From contig NC_042999.1 in the NCBI RefSeq assembly GCF_006345805.1, positions 142,290,001-142,354,000 of the forward strand: 64,000 nt of DNA, given 5' to 3'. The DNA comes from Octopus sinensis (lineage: Eukaryota). Below are positions 12,735 through 22,900 of the stretch, piece by piece. How positions within the stretch are numbered: position 1 is the first letter of the stretch; the number at the start of each line of letters is the position of its first letter. The notes beneath the pieces are model-generated. The model saw only the letters and a program-made list of their open reading frames with translations, was not told the origin of the DNA and did no database searches. Made by a program: the position numbers and the translations under genes.

Positions 12735-14140
12735 TGGGTGTGGTGAATAAATTGTTGTTTAAATTATGCAAAAATGAAAATAACACTGACATTTCATTTT
12801 AACAGAAGCTTACCAAAATTACATAGAAATATCTTGAAATACCAAGAAGTAAATTTATTTAATAGAATCACCATTGGTTTCAATGATAGCCTCCAGACGA
12901 CTTCGGAATCTCCTACAACTCTTTTGGACAGTCTCCTTGTTTAAGTTGGTAAATGCTGCCATAATCTTTGCCTTCAGTTCATCTTTGGTGTTACAGAGTT
13001 TTGTTGGTCTCTCGCTTAACTGTGCCCTACACATAATAAAGGGAGTTAGGTAGCCAGATGTTAGGGGTGATGTGGTCACAGAAACTGTTTGACAGCCATG
13101 GCTGTGTTCTCCTGCTTGTGTGGCATGGTGCAGAGCCCTGTTGCTAGATGTAGGGTCTTCCAGTAGCCACCCTCTTGACTTAGGGCAGCACTACCTCCTC
13201 CAGGCACTTGATGTAGGGTTCCATGTTGAGTCTGATGCTGTGTGGGAAGATGAATGGAGGCCTAATGTTGCCATCACTAGCGATCACTCCAAACACCATG
13301 ATGTTTGATTTTTATCACTCTCAGTACGTTTTGGAGACATGGTAAGCCAATGATTTTTCTGTGTGTTCACCATCTGATCCTGGCAGAAATTTTTCTCGTC
13401 TGAGAAAAACCAAAGCATGTTCAGTTGGAGGGGATGCTTGAGTTTGTTCAAAAACTTTGTAATGTAGTGTTCCCTCTTGTCCTTGATGGCTTCGGATAAA
13501 AACTGGTCCTCTCTCATCTTGTATGAGGGATACTGAATGTCTTCATGACTACCTACCGGATAAGAAACTCAGACACTTCTATGTCCCCAATTGACTTGGA
13601 GAGATCATCAATCATGGCCTGGATCTCACCAACAAATTTAGTTCTTTTCTTATCAGAATGAGATTTGCGCTGCCGTACCTTCGAAATCACCATTAGACTC
13701 ATCAAACTCCTTTCGAATCCTCTGCACTGTCTTCAGATTGACACCCAAACACTCTGAAATGTTCGTATTGGAGCTTCCAGCATGAATGCCAAGCAATACA
13801 GCATGCTGTTTCCAAATTTCTGGCAGAGTGAATTGTGTCACGGTGCCCAACTGACCCTACTGTGTTGTCGATAAAATCAAAAACAATGAGCATGCGTGAA
13901 ATTATTAAAATGGCAACAATTTACCCATCACACCCTGTGTATATGTGTGCATCTTTGTCCCCCACCACCACTTAAATGTTGGTGTGTTTATGTCCCCATA
14001 ACTTAGTGGCTCAGCAAAAAGAACCAATAGAATAAGTACTAGCTTACAAAGAATAAGTCCTGGGGATGATTTGTTTGACTAAAAAGCCTTCAAGGCAGTG
14101 CTCCAGCACAGTCGCAGTCAAACGACTGAAACAAGTAAAA
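12529..14140 (+). mobile_element. tRNA-derived SINE with a CORE-like domain, split by a Tc1/mariner insertion
   Basis: The head has an A-box-like TGGCTGTGTGG and a B-box-like GGTTCAGTTC, followed by CTTGGGCAAG (CORE/MIR-like). The 3' half resumes at about 13938. Related copies lie at 46745-47085 (-), 53490-53630 (-) and 27395-27545 (-). Confidence 0.7.
12735..13937 (-). mobile_element. Degenerate Tc1/mariner transposon (maT/DD37D-like)
   Basis: Frameshifted ORFs: N-terminal HTH (ISECLGVNLKTVQRIRK), WFFSDEKNF, and C-terminal DELKAKIMAAFTNLNKETVQKSCRRFRSRLEAII. Imperfect TIRs GGGTGTGGTGAATAAATTGTTG and CAACAATTTACCCATCACACCCTG. Confidence 0.85.
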
Positions 14141-14689
14141 GCATACATACAAATTTACATTGATATTAAATATACTATTTCTCAGTGTTCTTCAGAGCAG
14201 CTGGCTCCAATCTTTATTTGCTCAAGCACAAGTGTTACTGTTATAAGTTCAACTGAAAACCTATAAATTTTAATACTTCCTTGCAAAATATTTCAGGATA
14301 GTGATTTGTACTAAAGACACAAAAAGTAATGGAAACAGGGAGCTGTGATAGTCCTCTCTTTTCCAAAGACATCAGAGATATAAATAGAGTGAAATAAAGC
14401 AAGCCAGCATAAAAACCAATTCACTGCTCTGAATTTCCTTTTATTAGCTGTTATTTCTTTCATAGCTTAATATACATCCAAAACAAATGTTTCTTGTCTG
14501 CTAAAATCAAGAAACAGGTATGTGAAATATTGCATGTGCTTGTTTTGTTTTTAAGGAATAGTACTTCTAGCACCTTTCATGAAAAAGTGTAGAGTACATA
14601 AATTTTTCACAAAAGTCCTATGTAGTAACTCTGTGACATAGTACACAGTAAATGAACTTTAAGGCTAACACGTGTATATATATATATAT

Positions 14690-15016
14690 TACGGAGATAT
14701 ACTTGCATAGCAAGTGATCTGATCCGAGATCATGTGCTGGAACGAAAACAATTGCAGCATGGAAGGTGTTTATAAACCATTTAAGAAACACACAAAAATT
14801 GTTAGATTCAACTTCAACATTTAAATTTAATTTGCCAAAATATTTTCATCGCTTTGAGACCACAACCTGTTCACTGACACAGTATTTTATCAGTGAACAG
14901 GTCGTGGTCTCAAAGCGACAAAAATATTTTGGCAAATTAAATTTAAATGTTGAAGTTGAATCTAACAATTTTTGTGTGTTTCTTAAATGGCTTATAAACA
15001 CTTTCCACGCTGCAAT
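14690..15016. repeat. Palindromic element (127-bp arms, 12-nt loop), probably a Penelope-like pseudo-LTR pair
   Basis: 14751-14877 is the reverse complement of 14890-15016 with 6 mismatches. Extra short hairpins lie at 14701-14715 and 14716-14733. The PLE assignment is inference from the hammerhead-like motif. Confidence 0.8.
14831..14882 (-). ncRNA. Putative minimal type-I hammerhead ribozyme, variant core (G3:C8); mirror copy at 14884-14936 (+) carries G12A
   Basis: Minus strand: UGUGUCA [GUGAACA] G GUUGU-GGUCUCAAA-GCGAU [GAA] AAUAUU U / UGGCAAA. This gives stem I, the core, stem II, GAAA, a palindromic stem III and a UUU cleavage triplet. Activity is untested. Confidence 0.5.
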
Positions 15017-16239
15017 AATAATAATAATAATAATAATAATAATTGTGTACAGTGCTCAGGTGCACTACAACTCATCTAAAGTGTATATATAATCAGGTGT
15101 AGTTTCGGCGGATTTCGGAAAGCATGAGGGCCTTAAAAGATGCAGTGTCATGGCAGTCAACAACTGACGCAGGCAGTTTATTCCATGCTTCAGCAACTCT
15201 GAGCGTGAAAAAATGTTTCCGAAAGTCATGGGAGCTGTATTGTTTTCTGACTTTGTAGGCATGTCCATGTGTGTTAGACACATGGAGATCAAAAAGGTGT
15301 TCAGTGTTGTTGTTGGTGAGGTGGTTGATAACTTTGTGGGTGTTTACCAAGTCCGTCGCCAAACGCCGGAGCTTCAGTGAATCCATGCCCAGGGAAACAA
15401 GGCGCTCAGAATATGGTAGGTGTCTGATGGAGGGTATGCGTTTGGTTGCACGTCTCTGGACAGATTCCAGGTCAATGTTCTGTGCAAGATAGGGGTTCCA
15501 AACTGATGATGCGAATTCCAAGTGTGGTCGTACCATAGCTGTATACAGTTTTAAATAGATGGCTGGAGAGCGGCTAACAAAAGACCTGCTGAGTGATGCC
15601 AAGACACCCTCGGCCTTCCTGACAATCTTAGAGATATGCTTTGACCAACGCAAATCACTGCTGACAGTGATGCCTAGGTCACGCTCGCAAGAGGATTTCT
15701 TGATATCAGTGTTGTGGAGGGAGTATGTGAACGCAGGGTTTTTTCTCCCAAAATGCATGGTGGTACACTTGTCCACAGCCAGTTTCAGTTGCCAGTCTGT
15801 GATCCATTGCTGCATTGTGTCTAGGTCTGATTGCAGGAAAGAGTTGTAGACATCAGGATCTGTCCTCTTGATTTCAAGGTACAGCTTGATGTTGTCTGCA
15901 TATTTCAATACTGTGGCATTCTTTAAATTGGCATCTATGTCGTTAATGTATGCCACAAACAAGAGGGGACCAAGGACAGATCCCTGTGGTACACCCGATG
16001 ACATCTCATATGGTGTAGAGTGCTGTCCTAGAACTGTGACTACCTCCTTTCGGCTGAGGATGAAGGATTTCAACCAGTTAAAAAGGTCATCCCCCACACC
16101 CATTGCAGAGAGTTTCACCATAAGCCTTTTGTGTGGCACAGAGTTGAAAGCCTTAGCAAAGTCAAGGTAGACAACATCCACCCATGAGCCACTGTCAGTA
16201 ATCTGAGTAATGTCCTCAAGGAACTCGACAAGCTGGTCA
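15017..16239 (-). mobile_element. 5'-truncated CR1-type LINE (RT domain, 3' UTR, (TTA)n tail)
   Basis: ORF 15093-16397 contains YLDFAKAFNSVPH, GVPQGSVLGPLLF, YADN (YADD expected), DLGI and RPHLEFASSVWNP. The tail is at 15014-15042 and the 5' break is at about 16239. Confidence 0.96.
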
Positions 16240-17749
16240 TATATATATATAGCAGTAACTGAATGCAATACACATTTTGGAAGTTGAGCAGTTATGTAAA
16301 ACCCACTACAATAGACTGGAGTGGAGCAGTGGGCTAACAAGTTACAAACAGACCAACAATTGTTGACTTTAACACTATTACATCTCTGTGCTGGCACAGA
16401 TTAAATCTTAAATGAAAAGAAATATTGAGACAACAACCCATTTCAAAAATATTTTATTTACATTTGGAATTGTATAATTTCCATAACATTTTTTGTTAAA
16501 GAATAACACTGCCATATAGGATGTGTTAGATATCTTTTCATACCTTTTTGTTAATGCTACATAATCAATAGCAGTAACAGTATTACACACACACATACCA
16601 CATGCATACATATCCATACACAACCCTTGGTAAAATTGTCAAATTCCTTAAGTGAGTTGAACATTTCAAGTAAAAATAAATGTAAATAAAGGCATTTCAC
16701 TGCTAATAATACTGCATCACTACATGTGGAAAGTGATATAAGATTTTTTTTTTTTACAGAAACCCCAATGTTTACTGAGAAGTTTAGATTCATCACTATC
16801 TTGTTATCAACTATGAGCTTGGTGAGACAAAAGCAAATGATATGAGAAATATTTGCATTGATTTCCTTCAAATGTATAAAACAGTAGGGAGCTGATAGTG
16901 ATAACATTAGATGAAATCCAGCTTTTGGAAAACAAATAACTTGTCAACAGTGGAATTCCAAAAGAGGAGTTATGAAAAACATATAAATTTTTAAAAAAAG
17001 TATGTATTACAAATAGACGTCCAACATTATAGAGAAGAGGGTTAGCATATTTTCTAGCTCAAGACTCCTTTATAGAAGGACTGCTTATTTTACTTGTTTA
17101 ATATGAAAGTTAGCCACTTGTTTTCGGGTCCCTTATTATCAAATGAATAGTTTATGAGTTAACTTCTACAGCTAAATCTCTCTTATATTACACCCTACTA
17201 TTTTAAAACTGGAAGAACACATTGAATAATGCAGAGCTAGAAACACTGGATAACAGTGAGTAGACACAGCTGGAACTCATTTGATCGTAGATCTACTTCA
17301 TCAGGGTTGATTTGGAGCTAAACAACATAATTGTTTAGAATTAGTAGTGCAACAAGCAAATAATTAAGCATTTGTATTGTGAACTTCTACCAATAGTTGT
17401 TTAATCTAACCTGTTAGCTATAGGTAAGTGGTTAAGATATTAAGCTTCTTCACAGAATTAAAAAAAAAGTTAAAATTTCACCCATGTTATTCTGATGAGC
17501 TGTTAAGAAAAGTCATAGTATAGACTCCAGATTTTTTGAAAATTAGGCACCATTCCTCTCAGTTCATATTAGAAATGATCACCATTACAAAATGCTTTTT
17601 GGCTGTAAAACTATGTAGTCCAAAACATTCTACAGCTAGATATATTTCTTCCTATTGCAAAAGGATTCAGACTTGACACTAGTTGAATCATCTCATTTAT
17701 CAGAGTTGGACACAAAATAAACATCAATAACAGCACTAAAAGATATTAC

Positions 17750-18520
17750 TGATATATAATATAAAAGGGCTTTTATGACATTTGTGTGCAGAGAGCTAAG
17801 GAGGAGTGAAAGGTGACATCTATGAGTGTGTGTGTTTTTGCAAGAAACATCCAGGTGCAGGCTGCTATGTACAGAAGGAAGAGTTTGAGAGAGACATTAC
17901 TAAACCACAGGATACACCAGGGATGATACAGAGTAAGCTAGAGAGAGAGAGAGTTGCAATAGCACAGGGTATAGAATGGTCTGGCAGAGAACTTGCAATA
18001 TAGAAAACTAAGAAATATAAGTGGGCAACTTAGCAAAAATATACTCATACCTGTCATAGTTAAAGGCTTTAGTAATGTCAAATGAAACAGCATTGCTTTA
18101 TTGAAATTCTCTAGGGTGAGACAGTAATGGTGATTGATATATGACAATAAGTTACCAGTAGATTTGGCTCTTAGGAAACTATACCAATTGTCCTTGAGAA
18201 GAGAGATAACTTTAAGGTGATGAAGGAGATGATTGTTTGCAGCTGTTCCAATTACCTTTGAAGCAAGAGTAGCAGGTCGATAACTGTACAAAGTGTGAGA
18301 AGGACCCCTTTAAGAAGATGAAACATGTTGAGAGAGAATGTGAAGTACAATTGGAATATACAATTTGAGGCTGATAGAAGGGATGTTGTCAGGACTGGTT
18401 GGTGCACTGGAGCAGATTTGTTCATAATAGTGTCCACAAAAGATTTATGGATGTTGAGGAATAAAGTCATACTTTTTCTAAAAGTATCAGGGAAGCAATT
18501 ACTGAAGTAAATACAATCAA
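17750..18520 (-). mobile_element. Old, degenerate LINE reverse-transcriptase remnant (CR1/Jockey-like)
   Basis: Frameshifted translation YRPATLASKV...NNHLLHHL...SFLRAKSTGNLLSYI and SFDITKAF, matching the RT motifs YRPISL, GFR..RST and DIxKAFD. Confidence 0.7.
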
Positions 18521-18610
18521 GAATTAAAACCAGACAGAGGGATGGGCTCTAAGAAATTATCCCTGCCATGGGTCATTCACCAATATATATATACATACGT
18601 ACACACACAC

Positions 18611-18616
18611 TTTATT
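18611..18616 (-). terminator. Candidate GDAP2 polyadenylation signal (implies a 3' UTR of about 1.3 kb)
   Basis: First canonical AATAAA that I found on the minus strand downstream of the stop, followed by a GT-rich run. Confidence 0.45.
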
Positions 18617-19910
18617 AAACTATTTTTTGACAGCTAAATTTTTGTTTTGTTTTTGTCTCTATGCTTGTGTTCTCCAATTACATACAAATGTATTTTTTGA
18701 ATACTCCAGAGTTTACATACACACATATGAACTATGTTTCCTGTGAGAATAACACGAAACTGTTAACTAGTTCAATCCCACCACCTCAGTATAATTTCTT
18801 TTTGTCAAATAACAAGGTCCATAGACAAGTGGTATAAACTTCTTAAGTCATTTAAAATGCTGAAAAGTTATCACTGAGATATGAACTATAAGACTTCCTA
18901 CTTTTTAAGATTTAAATATCAAGAATGTAATTGATATAAAATGTAGAAAAATAAAGCTTGAGCTGGTAGTATTGATTATATAATCATGACTGTTTTCACA
19001 AAATACAAGTTAGCAAATATCTGATGGCTTAGAAAGCAAACCATAGATACTACTTATAGACCTTCCTCCTTCTCTTGCTTGAGAGAAATATATTAAATCA
19101 CAAAACTTCAAATCACGATAAAGCCATCGTGAAGTTTTAATACTGATAATCTGTAGAAAAAGAAAGAGAAGCACCAGTGACTAGAGCAACTTATAATCAA
19201 TGGATTGGGAAAATCAATATATTAACTATTTAGTAAAGAAATACTCCAGTTAATAAATATTTCCTTTCTTTTTGTTTGTTTTGTAGCTTTCAAGGAAAAG
19301 ACTTACTGAAATCCCTGATAGTTCTTTTACATAAAGAGATTTTACAACTGGTTAAAATGTTTCTCAGGTGTATTTGGAAAATTATTTTTCCTAAAACCAA
19401 CATCAACAATAAATTTTTTTGATTATATTCATTTTATAAGCCCCTTCTGAAACCTTAACAAAATTCAACCTGGAACCAGCCTTCCTTTTTACACTAAACC
19501 TTAATGTACTTTGAATCCCATATATAGCTTAGTAAATATAGATTATTTTAACTAAATTACTATTATTATTGCTAGCTGTTGTTGTTATATAGAATTTGAT
19601 TTATCACAATACTTATAAACTTGAAGATATGCAATAACATCTCACAATCAGGATTTAAGCTCTCAAATCAATATTACATAATTGAAAACTAAAATACAAG
19701 GACATAGTTGTTAAAAATCAACAACAAAAGCACATCCTGTGATAGGGGCCATCACTTCTCATTGTTGGTAGCAGCATTATCATTTGTTTGTTCAATATTT
19801 GGCTATTTGAAGAGTATAACAGTATAGCATAACAAAACTTCAATATTTTTCCTAATACTTCCAGTACTTCAGCAATTAAGTCTGCTTCTGTTCTTACAGA
19901 ATACACTGTT

Positions 19911-19964
19911 TTAAAGATCTTCTGTTGGGTCTTCAGCAGGCACATAATACCGTGGGCCATTTAC
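19911..19964 (-). CDS. GDAP2: GDAP2 coding exon 12 (terminal)
   Basis: VNGPRYYVPAEDPTEDL*; AAG acceptor at 19965-19967, TAA at 19913-19911. Confidence 0.88.
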   Translation of the reverse strand, partial: VNGPRYYVPAEDPTEDL

Positions 19965-22900
19965 CTTCGAAGGTAAAGAGGAAGAGTACTTTAATACATA
20001 CAAGGATAAAATTCATGTCCATAAAAATACATAAATACATAAGAATTTTATAACCATTTATATAAACATTACTGAGACTGATAATTCATTCTTTTAGTGC
20101 AGTGTAGGTTACTTCACAGTGAGGGGTAAGTAACAAGTAAATAAAATTTTAATTAAAATTTTTTCGGAGAGTTAGATGAGGGCAATCAAAGTGGGGCAAA
20201 GAGCAAAAAGTTTGAGAAGCATTGTGGTAGTGTGTCATTTATTTACTCATCTGTAATCAGCCAATCACTTTCAGTGATCATGTCATCTGTGAGGCCGATT
20301 CCACCAACCAGGTTGGTACAAACATAATTGTAGTTTTGAAGCATCAACTTTAAAGCAATATAACTCAGCTTAGCATAAATAATATATATTACACATTGTT
20401 GCCAAAGTTTATACATTCTGACAACATAAAATTTTGGTGTCCTAGGACTGATGAGCAGCTGCTTGAATGTTAAAAAGAGCTATAAAGACACTTGACAAAG
20501 TGGTAGTGGGTCAGTGAGAGGTTAAGGAAGAGAGTTTTGTTGTCCATTTCATTCAGTTTCTGAAGTGTCATTTGCAAGATGTGGTCAAGTGTTGTCATTG
20601 AGAACAATTGGTCCTTTTTTAGATTAAAAAATGCTGGACATAAATGTTATGATTCCTGGTGCATTTTGTTGATTTTCCTGATAATACTTCTCTACTGTGA
20701 TGGCTTTGCAAGGATTTAAGAAATGGTAGTGGGCAATTCCACTTGCTGACCCCTACACAGTAACATAACTGTCTTTTGATGCACCTTTAGTTAGGAGGAT
20801 GTTTTGGTGCTTGCTCTCAGCCCAACCACATGGAACACAGTCAGTTGCATAGAATTAGTTCTTCATGTTGTTACAATGCAATCAAGAAACAGATCATGTA
20901 AAAAGCACTCACAACACTCTTCAAGTGGTTGGTGTTAGGAAGGGCATCCAGCTGTAGAAACTCTAACAGATCAGATTGGAACCTGGTGCAACTGCTGGCT
21001 CTCTAGACCACAATTAAACCGTCAAACCCATGCCAGCATAGAAAACGGACATTAATTGATGATGATGAAGAGCAGAACAGACTTCATAATAGCAATTTTT
21101 TTTTTTTTACTTTTATTCAGCTGATGCGACATATTTTTGATTATTTGATATGTTGCAAATATTGAACAACTGTTTGGTTGTTCTATAACCAGTTGCATTG
21201 TTTTAAATAATAATAATAATAATAATAATAATTGTGTACAGTGCTCAGGTGCACTACAACTCATCTAAAGTGTATATATAATCAGGTGTAGTTTCGGCGG
21301 ATTTCGGAAAGCATGAGGGCCTTAAAGGATGCAGTGTCATGGCAGTCAACAACTGACGCAGGCAGTTTATTCCATGCTTCAGCAACTCTGAGCGTGAAAA
21401 AATGTTTCCGAAGTGGGTCTGCTTCAATAAATCCCTCAGTTAGTTGTTTGTCAATTACAGAACATACATAACTTCCTTCATCTTCAAGGTTCTTATCTCT
21501 CCCATGAAACTTTTTGAACCAATGTTGAACAGTATATTCATTGATGGTCTCCTATTTAAATACTTGATTGATATTGCAAGCACCTTCTGCTGCTTTGCAT
21601 TTAATTTTCAACTCTTTATAATAAAATCATTAAAATTTGTCTTTTCCCCCCAGTTTTAATTTGAAATAAACAAGAACCAAAATATAGCAAAACCACAAGC
21701 ATAAATCAGAAGAGTGAAATCTGTGCTTCAAAATGGTTTCTAGAATAAGCATCAAAGTTTAAAATAAAAACTGCAATTATTTTGGCACCAACCTAATGTT
21801 ATTTCAAAATACTTTATACATTAAACAAGTATCAAAGGTGCCTGCATGAAATCTTACCTTTACATCATATTCAAATATCCACTGAGGTAAGTCTAGCTGA
21901 TCTGTATTCATTTTTGCATACAAATAATCTGTACCTTGCAGATGACAGATTTTAGTTTTTATTTCTGGTGCTGTAAATGTTGTGAAGAACCATGTTGAAA
22001 TCTGGACAAATGATAAGAAAGAAAAACGTTAATAAAAAGAAATTTACCTTTTATTTGCTACTCCATTGTTTTGATATTTAAACCAAATTAAGAGCATATG
22101 ATCTCAAAACAATTGGATGGGTTTTAATAGAAATTTGGGGAAAGTTTGATGCAAAAATGGAAACTGATATGAAATAGGCTGTGAATATTTGCTGTGGTTG
22201 GATGTGGAAAACAAAATTGAAAAAAAAAAAGCAAACATGGGCAGCTTGATATAGATGTTGAATATTGACAGCTTAACATTAATTGAAGATTCATGACATA
22301 TTGGGAGATGGAGATGCAATGAAAGAGCCATTCCACCTTATAAGGCTAATTTTTATAGATGGCCATCTTTATTCCAATCAAACTGAGTAAAGAGATATAT
22401 TTAGGAGCTCAGGATGACACACATTTCCACTGTTACAGGCTTAAAAAGCGACCAATCAGAGGACAGCCGGTACTTTGACAGCTTGCAGTCCTTAGTTAAT
22501 AATAGTAATTGTTTTTAATTTAGGAGAAACAAAGTCAGCAAATTTTGAAGGAGAGGCAGTAATCAGTTATATCAACCTAGTGTTTGATTGGTACTTAATT
22601 TTATTGATCACAAAAGAATGAAAGGAAAAGTTGATCTTGGTGGGATTTGGACTCAAAACATACAGTGCTGAAAGATATACAACAAACATTTCATTTGACA
22701 CTACTTTCATGATCCTGCTAATCCAGGGCCTATATAATAATTGTTTCCAATATGGACAAAAAAGTCAGAAATTTTTAAGGTATGGTTTAATTGATTAAAT
22801 TAACCACAGTGCTTCACTGGTACTTAATTCTATCAGCCTTAGAATGATGAAAGGCAAAGTTGACCTCAGCAGGAATTGAACTCAGAATGTAAAGAGACAA

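Noticed and set aside
15271-16170. Plus-strand ORFs of 73, 96 and 100 aa
   Set aside because: Antisense shadows of the CR1 RT frame.
16240-16397. N-terminal 50 aa of the 434-aa ORF
   Set aside because: It lies beyond the LINE 5' truncation and (TA)n junction. This is chance read-through of flanking DNA, not a chimeric gene.
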